DNA of 64,000 nucleotides from Candidatus Hadarchaeota archaeon (GCA_964384105.1 CAYLJV010000002.1:192834-256833), one strand, 5' to 3'; shown: positions 49,595 through 58,680, counted from the stretch's first letter. Numbers and translations: made by a program. Notes: generated by a model from the sequence alone, not told the origin.

Positions 49595-51495
49595 GTAGCC
49601 ACCTTAACTTCCGATGATCCAGCTGCGTTTTGAACTGCGATAACATTTGGTACTTCCTCAATACCTACCAATCGGCCGGGAGTAATTACTATGTACTGGC
49701 TATCGCTCTCTTCCATCATATTTAATAATTCACGCATCATCATCTGTCTGTTTCTAGGATCCATATGCAACTCGAACTCATCCAATCCCCTGATCGGAGA
49801 TTTGATATGTTTCTGAAGTGCTAGGAGAAAACACATTATTGAGGTCGATCTCTCTCCACCACTCTGGGTATATGCATCCAATGTCTGAGGCTCTGCGCCT
49901 CTAAATCCAACAGTCAGTTCAAGACCGGCTTCATCAATATCCTCTGGGTTCAACAATCTAACATCACCCACCGCATTTACTCGATCCAGGATCTGCCTAT
50001 ATGTACTTCTCACCTTTTTCAGCAAATTTTGGATATTTTCTCTCCATCTTTCTTTCCTCAAATCAAGCTCTTCTAAAGCCCTTCTCCGATTTTCTTCGGC
50101 CTTTTCTGCTTTTTCCTCAAGCTCCTCAAGCAGATTCTTATGATCCTTATACATCTTCTCAGCGTCAGCACTCACATCATCCAATCCTGAAAGTTGAGCA
50201 TTAGTCACTCTAATATCTTCGAGTATCTCTTGAGGTTTTCTATCTGTCCGAATTTTGCTTCCTTTAGACTCTGCCTCCACTTTCAACTCTTCTAATTCTT
50301 CCTTACTTCTTCTCAAATCTCTTTTTAGACTGGATATTTCATCCTCAATTAATTCTCTTTTAAAACTCAGAACAGCTCCTCTAACTCGATGATCTGTATA
50401 TTTCTCTCGTAATTCCTTTCTATGCCCTTTTCTCTCGACAAGAGAATCTCTCTTTTCGTCTATTTCCTCTTCAGATCTTCTCAAGGTATTTCTCAAGTTC
50501 TCTATATTCTCAGAAAAATTCTCGAGTTCAAAATCGGGTTTTAGACTTTTTAATTCCTCCAAAATTTCAACTTTAGCCTCAGAGCTACTTTTACTCCTCT
50601 CAAAATGAAATAAATCTTCGTAAATACTGTCTATCTCATATTCTATCCTTTCGAGGGAGTTTTTAGAATCCTCTTCCTTCTTTTTGATGTCCTTCAAATC
50701 CTCTTCTATTTCTTTTAGGTTTCTCTCCTTCTTTGCTACCTCAGATTCAATATTATCAACCCTCTCCTTCTTTCTCCACCATTTAGCCCAAGCGTACTCT
50801 CTCTCTAATTTTTCCTTTTTATCGATCAATCTCTCCTTCTTTTTGTATCTCTCATACTCCTCTTCCCAATGATCAAGAGTTTCCTGAGCCTCTTCCAACA
50901 TAGCGTTGATAGATTCCTCCTCGCTTCGTTTATGCGAAAGATTCTTTCGGGCTTCAATTATTCTATCTCGATATTCGCTAAGACCAACAGCCTCTTCCAC
51001 CGTCTTCAGTCTCTCTTGGGCGTCAATGGCCCCAAAAACATCGATCATCCCTTGGTGCATAACTATGAGCATATTTTCGGGATTGATGGAGAGCTGTGAA
51101 AGAATTCTTTTAACTTCCTCTTTTGTAACGGTTTCATAATTCGCCTCGTGCCAATAGTTTCCATCGTCCCTAAGGTACCGGGACAATACGAAGGAATCAG
51201 TATCCTCATCAGAAATCGGTCTTTCGCCATCTACGGAAGAATTATCGAAAACAACACTGACTCGGGCCATTTCCTCTCCGCGTCTTATAAGATCACTTAA
51301 TTTCCGGGAGCGTTCTGTGTGAGACTGCCCAAGAGCTACCGAGAGAGCAAGGAGTATAGAAGACTTACCCGCCCCATTCGGTCCGTTTATAAGATTGAGA
51401 CCCGGTTTAAATGGTACCCTTGCATATTTATAGCTCATAAAGTTCTCTAAAATTATCTCCTTAATGTAAGACTTGTGACTTTCAGATTCGGACAT
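49591..51495 (-). CDS. Hinge-less SMC-like ABC ATPase, 634 aa
   Basis: N-terminal Walker A GPNGAGKSSIL, ~330-aa coiled coil without hinge or CxxC hook, C-terminal signature QSGGERSTS and Walker B LDEFELHMD. Confidence 0.7.
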   Translation of the reverse strand: MSESESHKSYIKEIILENFMSYKYARVPFKPGLNLINGPNGAGKSSILLALSVALGQSHTERSRKLSDLIRRGEEMARVSVVFDNSSVDGERPISDEDTDSFVLSRYLRDDGNYWHEANYETVTKEEVKRILSQLSINPENMLIVMHQGMIDVFGAIDAQERLKTVEEAVGLSEYRDRIIEARKNLSHKRSEEESINAMLEEAQETLDHWEEEYERYKKKERLIDKKEKLEREYAWAKWWRKKERVDNIESEVAKKERNLKEIEEDLKDIKKKEEDSKNSLERIEYEIDSIYEDLFHFERSKSSSEAKVEILEELKSLKPDFELENFSENIENLRNTLRRSEEEIDEKRDSLVERKGHRKELREKYTDHRVRGAVLSFKRELIEDEISSLKRDLRRSKEELEELKVEAESKGSKIRTDRKPQEILEDIRVTNAQLSGLDDVSADAEKMYKDHKNLLEELEEKAEKAEENRRRALEELDLRKERWRENIQNLLKKVRSTYRQILDRVNAVGDVRLLNPEDIDEAGLELTVGFRGAEPQTLDAYTQSGGERSTSIMCFLLALQKHIKSPIRGLDEFELHMDPRNRQMMMRELLNMMEESDSQYIVITPGRLVGIEEVPNVIAVQNAAGSSEVKVAT

Positions 51496-51656
51496 TCTTA
51501 TTTACCTCACAATAACTTATTCGCATGCAGATAAAGCGAGCCAACTAACACAAGAACTCTATTAATTTACAATTCTTGTATATACGGATTGTCGCTGTTT
51601 GTAGAATTTCTTTAAAGTTGTTTAAAAGATAAAGGTTACTCCCAAATCTTTAAAAT

Positions 51657-52322
51657 TCACTTAGCCTCTTCCTCGTCCCAGCCATATTCTCCTACTAAAG
51701 GAACAAAAGCACAGCCCCCATGCCTTTCGATCTCGGTTTCTCCAGACTCTTTCTTCTTAATAACAAGAAGAGTTTGAGACATATAGTAATCTCCTACGGG
51801 AGCGGCCATTTTTCCGCCAACCTTCAGCTGTTCAACAAGCGGTTCAGGTACTTTGGGTGAACACGCAGTAATCAAGATTCTATCCCAGGGTGCTTCTTCT
51901 GGATATCCTTTCGTTCCGTCCCTGACCACAACTTCAACTTCCTCATATCCCGATTTTTCTAAATTTTCTCGTCCTTTATTTGCAAGTTTTTCAAGTCTCT
52001 CTATAGTGTAAACTCTCCCTTCCGGGCCCACTAATTCTGAAAGAAGAGCAGAATTGTATCCAGATCCTGTCCCGATCTCTAATATCTTATCTCCCCTCCT
52101 GACTTCGAGAGCCTCGAGCATAATTACTATCATACTCGGGGCAGAAATTGTCTGACCTCGTCCTATCGGAAGTGGATGGTCTGCATATGCGTCATCTACC
52201 GTATTTTGAGAAACGAATTTTTCTCGGGGAACTTTACTAAAAGCTTCTATAACTTCCTTTTTTTTGAGATAGCCCCTTCTTTTTAAGCTCTCAACCATCT
52301 CCTTCCTTTTTTCCTCGAACAT
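51657..52322 (-). CDS. pcm: Protein-L-isoaspartate O-methyltransferase
   Basis: LEIGTGSGYNSA SAM motif, PIMT family pattern. Confidence 0.85.
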   Translation of the reverse strand: MFEEKRKEMVESLKRRGYLKKKEVIEAFSKVPREKFVSQNTVDDAYADHPLPIGRGQTISAPSMIVIMLEALEVRRGDKILEIGTGSGYNSALLSELVGPEGRVYTIERLEKLANKGRENLEKSGYEEVEVVVRDGTKGYPEEAPWDRILITACSPKVPEPLVEQLKVGGKMAAPVGDYYMSQTLLVIKKKESGETEIERHGGCAFVPLVGEYGWDEEEAK

Positions 52323-52398
52323 CTCAGTTTATTGATGTATCTTTTCCTGATTAAAGGTAATCGAAACATTATTGTGAAAAGATTAGAAAGTTCTCCTT

Positions 52399-52554
52399 TT
52401 ATCTGAGCTCATCCGGCAACATATTGGGTATCCCCTCATCTATGGGAAACTCGCGGCTACAAATAGGACAAACTAATTTATCGCCCTCTAAAACAACACC
52501 TTTCTTGCAATAAGGACAGGCTAAGAGATCTAAAAGTTTCTCTTTTATTTTCAT
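52399..52554 (-). CDS. trm112: Trm112-family zinc-ribbon methyltransferase activator (51 aa), unannotated
   Basis: Hand translation MKIKEKLLDLLACPYCKKGVVLEGDKLVCPICSREFPIDEGIPNMLPDELR matches Trm112/UPF0434 consensus (LL..LaCP.C...L......L.C..C...YPI.dGIP.mL). Confidence 0.75.
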   Translation of the reverse strand: MKIKEKLLDLLACPYCKKGVVLEGDKLVCPICSREFPIDEGIPNMLPDELR

Positions 52555-53130
52555 TAATTACCCTCTTCACTGTAATTCATACCCTTTTCAAATAATTTAG
52601 GATTAATAGTCGTGGGGACTCTGAAAATGAAAAAAAGTGTATTCTTAGCAATGATTTGCTTAATACGTAAGTCGTAATTCGACTTAGAAGGACTTGGAAA
52701 AGTTACGGATACCTAGGACTTTTTTAGTCTCCTGATAAGTTGCATGACCTAATTTTCTCTAATCCTTAAACCCAGATAATCATCAATTTGTCTTCTAAAA
52801 ACTCTATGAATACTTTTGGGCAGACTTATCCGGTGGATTAGGAGCCGGATAGGCGAATTTACAGGATATATTCTTGAAAGAAGTGACTCAGAAGCTATCC
52901 CAAAGAAATAGAAAGATAAGATCAGTCTATTCAAAAATTTCTTCAAAAAATATGGATTATGGTCAATAATAATAGTCAAAGCGCGCGCTTACCAAGAGAG
53001 ATCGTGTATCTGATAGATGGAATGGTTAGTTATTCCGCAATTAGGCTCTCTAGAAGCTGACATTGCAGGAAAAAAGATTTTAGCCACAATACCCGCCTAA
53101 TTTGGAAAGAATATTTATTTTCTCTCAGAT

Positions 53131-53232
53131 ATGAGTCCTATTACTGCGATAACAGTCGGGTCTACCATTGCAACAGCAATATTACTAATAATATCTTTCA
53201 AAAACTTACAAAATATTCAAAAAGATTATTAG
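53131..53232 (+). CDS. Possible 33-aa single-TM mini-protein
   Basis: MSPITAITVGSTIATAILLIISFKNLQNIQKDY; no SD, in otherwise gene-free 800-bp region. Confidence 0.12.
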   Translation: MSPITAITVGSTIATAILLIISFKNLQNIQKDY

Positions 53233-53447
53233 ATAACCACAGAGGGTCTATCATTGTTAGAGAGACATCCAAAATAATCACTAGGTGAATTAAAATCTCC
53301 GAAGAGAAAAAAAAATTTAGCTACAGGAAAAGTCTCGGTGGAGTAATCGTATCGATCGTAATAGCTATTGGTATAATATTATTTTTAATCCAGGGAAATT
53401 TCCAAGAACTAGGCAACGTCCTTCTAAGAGCAAACATCTGGTGGCTT

Positions 53448-54320
53448 ATGATAGCAGTGAGTATATTTTTCTTAGAAGTAGCAATATGGACCGGAAGATG
53501 GAAAGTCGCATTAAAGTATGCAAACCACGACATAGATTTTTGGAACCTTTACTGGATATCACATGGAGGCAAGTTTGTAACAAATGTAACTCCTATAATG
53601 AAAGCGGGAGGCGAACCCTTCAGAGCTTATTTCGCCAAAAAAACTTACAAAGTCCCTTATGATATAGGGTTTGGAACTCTTCTAGCAGAAACAGCAATAA
53701 GTATTCCCATTTTTCTTTCTTTCTTAACTACAGGGTTAGTAACATGGCTTTATCTTACCGCGTCGCTTTGGACAACAATTTTAGTTGCAGTTATAATGGG
53801 ATCTTTAACCATTCTGATAATTCCATTCATACTTTGGCTAGTAGAAAGAGAAACCGCCATGAAACAAGTAACTCGGCTAATAAACTGGATAAGTGAGAAA
53901 ATTGGGAGAGATCAAAATGACGAGGAAGTAGAAGAGAAATTAAAAAATTTGTACAAGAGTATTCAGTTCGTTTTGAAGAACAAAAAAGCTGGTTTTCTAA
54001 TGGTCATCTTAAGTGTAATTCTTTATTCAGCCACTATAGTACGCTTCTACATAATCTTCCTAGCCCTCGGAATAAACGTAGCTTGGTACATCCCGCTCAT
54101 AGGCTCAACAGCCCCTTTTATTCTAGGGATGATCCCCTTCTCCCCAGGCGGACTAATCTTTGTTGAAGGAGGAATGATGGGAATATTTATGGCCCTTGGC
54201 CTCTCAAATACGGCAGCAGCCTCTACTATCATGGTAGAAAGAGGAATTTCGTACTTTATTAGCACAATAGCCGGTGGTATAGCGGCCTCTTATCTGGGAG
54301 TAAAAATCTGGAAAAAATAG
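53448..54320 (+). CDS. Flippase-like (UPF0104 / lysylphosphatidylglycerol-synthase TM-region family) integral membrane protein; conserved N-terminal TM helix continues in frame upstream to 53289 without canonical start
   Basis: Multi-TM protein with family-like N-terminal region (..R.SLGGVIVSIVIAIGIILFLIQGNF..L....ANIWWL) encoded in frame upstream of the first ATG. Confidence 0.6.
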   Translation: MIAVSIFFLEVAIWTGRWKVALKYANHDIDFWNLYWISHGGKFVTNVTPIMKAGGEPFRAYFAKKTYKVPYDIGFGTLLAETAISIPIFLSFLTTGLVTWLYLTASLWTTILVAVIMGSLTILIIPFILWLVERETAMKQVTRLINWISEKIGRDQNDEEVEEKLKNLYKSIQFVLKNKKAGFLMVILSVILYSATIVRFYIIFLALGINVAWYIPLIGSTAPFILGMIPFSPGGLIFVEGGMMGIFMALGLSNTAAASTIMVERGISYFISTIAGGIAASYLGVKIWKK

Positions 54321-54329
54321 TTATAAAAA

Positions 54330-54551
54330 TCAAGCTTTCTTTTCCTTTCTTCGCTGCCAGTCATTCCAAATAGTACTTATCTTCATAGCAAGCACTGTTA
54401 TAGCGAAAAATATTAAAATCGAAAATACTGGGAATAGGATTATTTTAAATATCAAGTGAATAGGAATCCGCCTAAGCAGAAAGAAAGATATTATGGGGGG
54501 AAGTACCCAGCCGAAAATCACACCTATCCTATAACTCGGAAAGGACTTCAT
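54330..54551 (-). CDS. Small two-TM membrane protein (73 aa) translationally coupled downstream of GT4 gene
   Basis: Hydrophobic ORF, start overlaps GT4 stop by 23 nt. Confidence 0.35.
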   Translation of the reverse strand: MKSFPSYRIGVIFGWVLPPIISFFLLRRIPIHLIFKIILFPVFSILIFFAITVLAMKISTIWNDWQRRKEKKA

Positions 54552-55704
54552 TGTAAACCTCCAGAGTTTTGTCCACTACCTTCTCCCAATTAAACTTCTC
54601 TTCGGCTACCTTTCTCCCCTTTTCCCCTACCCTTACTCTTAGACTCTCATCTTTACAAAGCTCCGTCATTTTCTCAACTAAAGCTCCTATATCCCCCGGC
54701 GCAACAAGATATCCTGCACCCTCTACATGAACCTCGTCATAGCCAGGGATATCCGTGGCAATATAAGGTATTTCAGAAGCCATCGCTTCCGGTATAACTC
54801 GACCGAAAGATTCATCTCTCGTTGAAGGAAAAACTGCAAAATCGCATGTGGCGTATATCTTCTGAAGGTCCTCCTTTGACCTAAATCCAGCAAAAACCAC
54901 AGTATCACTAAGATTCAATTTCTTAACCAACTTTCTACATCTATCCTCTCTTGGCCCCTTACCCACCAATATAAGTTTAAAATTGTTTATTTTTCTCTTC
55001 ACTTTCTGCGCCGCTTTTATAAGATTTATCAAACCTTTTCTTTTAGCAAATCTCCCAGTAAATAGTGCAAGTATATCCCTCTCTCCTCCTAATTCTTCTC
55101 TAATTTCTCTAGATCTCTTTTCTGGGTTGAACCCATCCAAGGAGACTCCGTAACCAACTCTCCTTATCTTTCCAGAATCGGTTATATCTCTTGCCAGTTT
55201 CGCCTGGGCATCACTACCAACACATATTCTATCCGCTGACTCTGCAGCATAGCTGGCGTATATTTTTGGGATTTTGAAAAGAATAGAATCAGACAAAGCA
55301 TGATATGTATGGTTAGCTGCGACTACACATTTTCTCTTAGGATGCATCTCTTTAGCTACCGCAGTAGAAAGAACAGAGAGAGGAGTAAAAAAATGATGAG
55401 TGTGTACAACATCGTAATCCTCCTCCTTAAACAATTCTCTCATCTTGAACGGAAGCTCCGGATGGAAATAAATTTTCCAAATTGGATCAGTAATTCCAGC
55501 AATTCTTCTAACCCTAATACCATCTTCTTGATCGTACTTTTCGTCAAAGGAAAAAACTTCTGAAAAATCTTGTGTTATTACTTCTAAGTCCACCTCAGAT
55601 CGCTCGCTCATATGCTTCGATAACTCATGAACTAGGGTTTCAACTCCTCCGATCTTAGGGGGATACCAATCACTTATCATTGCAACTTTAATCTTCGACA
55701 CCAC
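54529..55704 (-). CDS. GT4-family glycosyltransferase
   Basis: Glycos_transf_1 C-terminal pattern (E...FGRVIPEAMA..P) and GT4 N-terminal domain (KIGGVETLV). Confidence 0.75.
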   Translation of the reverse strand: MVSKIKVAMISDWYPPKIGGVETLVHELSKHMSERSEVDLEVITQDFSEVFSFDEKYDQEDGIRVRRIAGITDPIWKIYFHPELPFKMRELFKEEDYDVVHTHHFFTPLSVLSTAVAKEMHPKRKCVVAANHTYHALSDSILFKIPKIYASYAAESADRICVGSDAQAKLARDITDSGKIRRVGYGVSLDGFNPEKRSREIREELGGERDILALFTGRFAKRKGLINLIKAAQKVKRKINNFKLILVGKGPREDRCRKLVKKLNLSDTVVFAGFRSKEDLQKIYATCDFAVFPSTRDESFGRVIPEAMASEIPYIATDIPGYDEVHVEGAGYLVAPGDIGALVEKMTELCKDESLRVRVGEKGRKVAEEKFNWEKVVDKTLEVYNEVLSEL

Positions 55705-55736
55705 ACTTCCTACTCCCTACTGAAAAATTTAAATCT

Positions 55737-56678
55737 TCATCGTCTCTTTAAAAGATCTCTAAGTCCTTCTTCCAGAAAGATCTTCGGTTTGTATCCTAAA
55801 ACTCGATAAGATTTACTAATGTCCGCTCTACTATGTCTTATATCTCCTTCTCTCGATTCCTCGTAAATCGGTTTTAAATCCGTTTTTCCCATTATTCGCA
55901 AAAGTGTCTCACAAAGTTCATTTATCGAAATAGAACGACCGCTTCCAATATTAAATTCCTCGGAATTTATACCTCTCTCCGGAAGGGCAAGTATATTTGC
56001 CCTAACTACATCACTCACATTGACGAAATCTCGAGTTTGATTCCCATCTCCGTAAATAACAGGGGCTTTGCCCTTATTCAACTGGTCTAGGAATTCCATT
56101 ATAACTCCTGCATAGCTACTATAACCTTGCCTTAGTCCATAAACATTAAAGTAGCGAAGTATCACTGTCTCAAGATCGTAGCGTTTACCATAATTTTTGC
56201 ATTTTCTTTCTGCAATAAGCTTAGATTCAGCATAGGGAGACAAAGGATTAAGCGAAGCATCTTCAGATATTGGTAAATCAGTAGGTTTCCCATAAACCGC
56301 ACAGGAAGATGCAAAAATAAATCGTTTAACTCCCTCCTCAATACTCTTATTCAAAACATTAACAGTTCCTTCAACGTTAACCTCGTGGGTTTGAGTGGGA
56401 TTTTCCATCGAAAACGGGACGCTAGTGATAGCTGCCTCATGAAAAACTGCGTCCACTCCTTCAATGGCTTCCTCCAGATCCTCTTCATTCCTCACATCCC
56501 CCTCGATAAAACTGAAATTATAGCAATCTTTGGCTCCTTCCAAGTTTCTCATTCTTCCCTCGGAGAGGTTATCGATGCAAACCACTTCATTATTCAGTTC
56601 CAACAACTTATCCACTATATGGCTACCAATAAAACCCGCTCCGCCAGTAACCAATATTCTAATTTTTCCACCCTTCAT
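55737..56678 (-). CDS. NAD-dependent nucleotide-sugar epimerase/dehydratase (UDP-glucose 4-epimerase-like)
   Basis: TGGAGFIGSH Rossmann motif, YxxxK (YAESK); second Met (MKGGKIRILVTGG) preferred as start; track ORF extends to 56753. Confidence 0.75.
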   Translation of the reverse strand: MKGGKIRILVTGGAGFIGSHIVDKLLELNNEVVCIDNLSEGRMRNLEGAKDCYNFSFIEGDVRNEEDLEEAIEGVDAVFHEAAITSVPFSMENPTQTHEVNVEGTVNVLNKSIEEGVKRFIFASSCAVYGKPTDLPISEDASLNPLSPYAESKLIAERKCKNYGKRYDLETVILRYFNVYGLRQGYSSYAGVIMEFLDQLNKGKAPVIYGDGNQTRDFVNVSDVVRANILALPERGINSEEFNIGSGRSISINELCETLLRIMGKTDLKPIYEESREGDIRHSRADISKSYRVLGYKPKIFLEEGLRDLLKRR

Positions 56679-57441
56679 AAGTGAAGCAAATAATTCTATA
56701 AAAATTTCTAATTTCAAACTTCCCGAAGTAATAGAAACAATCGAAGAACACAAATACTTTTATCCAGTATCTAAACGAAAAGGTGTAAACCTGAACTCAG
56801 CTTTCTTAGAAAAAAAGAAGAAAGAGGTCCGTTCGGCTCTCGGAAAAAACAACAAAACTTTATTAGAGCTAGTCTTAGGTCTAGCTCTTTATGGATACAT
56901 ACTTTTCTCTTGGCATCTAACCGCTTGGAGAGTAGAATGGGTATGGAGAGTAACACAAGTACTTCTTCCCTTAGCCATATCTCTTACTCTAAGGCGTTCT
57001 CTAAAAAGTATTAGATTTAGCATAAGAGATTTCGGAAAAAACATACTTTTGGGACTAGCAGTAGGAGTTATAGCCGGATCCATCCTCTCCTTTCCTATAA
57101 TGAAATGGGCATCCCCCCTAATGGCAAAGAATCTCAACAGCCTCTCAGAAATAATTTACGTACTACTCCTGATAACAAGCAACATAGCTCCTATAGAATA
57201 CTTTTACAGAGGATTCCTCCAACCAAGAATGGAAGTTTTCACTGGACCAATTTCTGGAGCCATCTTCGCATCCATACTCTATGGATTCGATTTCTGGGAA
57301 TATCATGTCTTTAATATTCCAATATTAATTGGGGTGGGAATTGTCTTCGGTAGTTTATATTTGAAGACCAGATCTCTCACAGCACCCATTCTAGCTCATT
57401 TTTCCTTCTTCCTTACTGTGATGGCTATCATATCAATCTAG
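56530..57441 (+). CDS. CPBP-family (CAAX/Abi) intramembrane metalloprotease; 5' boundary unresolved (candidate starts TTG 57049 / ATG 57100; conserved TM region begins ~56800)
   Basis: Motifs EYFYRGFLQ (E-x3-R), FxxxH and C-terminal H (LAHFSFF); no ATG/GTG/TTG between divergent epimerase start and 57049. Confidence 0.5.
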   Translation: MAPSKFLILPSERLSMQTTSLFSSNNLSTIWLPIKPAPPVTNILIFPPFISEANNSIKISNFKLPEVIETIEEHKYFYPVSKRKGVNLNSAFLEKKKKEVRSALGKNNKTLLELVLGLALYGYILFSWHLTAWRVEWVWRVTQVLLPLAISLTLRRSLKSIRFSIRDFGKNILLGLAVGVIAGSILSFPIMKWASPLMAKNLNSLSEIIYVLLLITSNIAPIEYFYRGFLQPRMEVFTGPISGAIFASILYGFDFWEYHVFNIPILIGVGIVFGSLYLKTRSLTAPILAHFSFFLTVMAIISI

Positions 57442-58680
57442 TCTTTTCCTATTCCAAAGATAAGGAATTGCAAAAACCAAAACTGCTAACGCTAAAACAA
57501 TAAAGTTACGCTTTATTATGGGAAGATTCTCCTCAAAAACCCGCTCCACTGGATTTTTTCTTTCCGTAAACCCTAAATGATCCTCTTTAATCTCAGCCAA
57601 AGAATAAACTTTGTAGTTTCCAAGAGTGAAATCAAACCATAACAAAGGCTGATCTTCGGCCAAGGGGCAGTGGTAAAAATCCTGAATGGTATAGCTTTCT
57701 ACAGGATCATAGCGAAAAGCGTGATGGTGATAATCACTAACTGTGAAAAGAGGGTCCCCATTCTCAGAGGAAACCCAATATTCTATCCTCTCAGTATCTG
57801 GGACTTCATTGAAACTACCTCTCACTAAGTTCTCTTCTGTCCAATACATTGTTCTCCTAGAAATCCAAGCAGGATTTCCCCCTCGAAAAGCAAAATATAA
57901 TTCATAACGTTCTAAATTATAGGAGACATCTCCTTCCACAATAACTGAAGGAATTCTTTTTTTTACAAAATTAGTTCCATTCCAGATATTTGCCTCGCCA
58001 AAATCAGGCGAACTAATCTCCCAAGGTAAAACCAAGTTTTCATAAACTATTTCGCCTTTTCCATCATCTATCATAACGTTTCTATTATTATCAATAGCTA
58101 ACCAAAGATATCCCGGATTATTCTCTCCTATTTCGCTTCTATTGGGATGCCAATATCTTCGATACCGGGGTATCAGATGAAATACCGTTTGGGAAGGGTC
58201 TAGATCACTTTCATTTGAAATTATTGACTTTAAATTCTCAATTTCCAAATCGGGCCAAAAAATTCTCAAATAAAAAGTTCTTGAAAGCCAATGATCATTG
58301 TCTTTAAAAAATGACATTGTAAGATAATATTTCTTACCTTTCGGAACTGAAGGAACCAAAGCAAAACTCTGATAATATTCCTCGTTTCCCTCAACTCTCG
58401 CTTCGATAGGCAACTTTTCCCCATCCCTACCATTCACAAAAAGATTTTCCGACTTATCCTTGATGATATAGCTAAACTCCGCAGGTTTATCTCCCTTGTT
58501 TTGAACCCTTAGAGTAAGAGTCGTATCCGTATTAAGAAAAGATACGTTATGAGGGGGATTCGGATAAAATTTCACCGACAAATCCGGTTCCCCACTTCCC
58601 ATTAAACCCGATGGGAAGAAATTAGCAAATGCAAAAATGAAAATGACTAAAGCAACTTTAGCGTATAATGATCTATTCAT
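57433..58680 (-). CDS. Secreted/cell-surface protein with N-terminal signal peptide and C-terminal TM anchor plus basic tail (function unknown)
   Basis: N-terminal hydrophobic signal-like segment, C-terminal NFIVLALAVLVFAIPYLWNRKRLD. Confidence 0.5.
   Translation of the reverse strand: MNRSLYAKVALVIFIFAFANFFPSGLMGSGEPDLSVKFYPNPPHNVSFLNTDTTLTLRVQNKGDKPAEFSYIIKDKSENLFVNGRDGEKLPIEARVEGNEEYYQSFALVPSVPKGKKYYLTMSFFKDNDHWLSRTFYLRIFWPDLEIENLKSIISNESDLDPSQTVFHLIPRYRRYWHPNRSEIGENNPGYLWLAIDNNRNVMIDDGKGEIVYENLVLPWEISSPDFGEANIWNGTNFVKKRIPSVIVEGDVSYNLERYELYFAFRGGNPAWISRRTMYWTEENLVRGSFNEVPDTERIEYWVSSENGDPLFTVSDYHHHAFRYDPVESYTIQDFYHCPLAEDQPLLWFDFTLGNYKVYSLAEIKEDHLGFTERKNPVERVFEENLPIIKRNFIVLALAVLVFAIPYLWNRKRLD

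Noticed and set aside
52749-52979. 76-aa minus-strand ORF in the 570-bp gene-free region
   Set aside because: No SD, hydrophobic/low-complexity, no family resemblance; region better treated as non-coding until shown otherwise.
52555-53130. Looked for SRP RNA, RNase P RNA, C/D-box or tRNA-like features in the large intergenic region
   Set aside because: Could not recognise conserved boxes (no GGUGAGG/AGCAGG SRP helix-8 motifs, no RUGAUGA...CUGA pairs in plausible spacing) by eye; left as an open finding rather than a called RNA.
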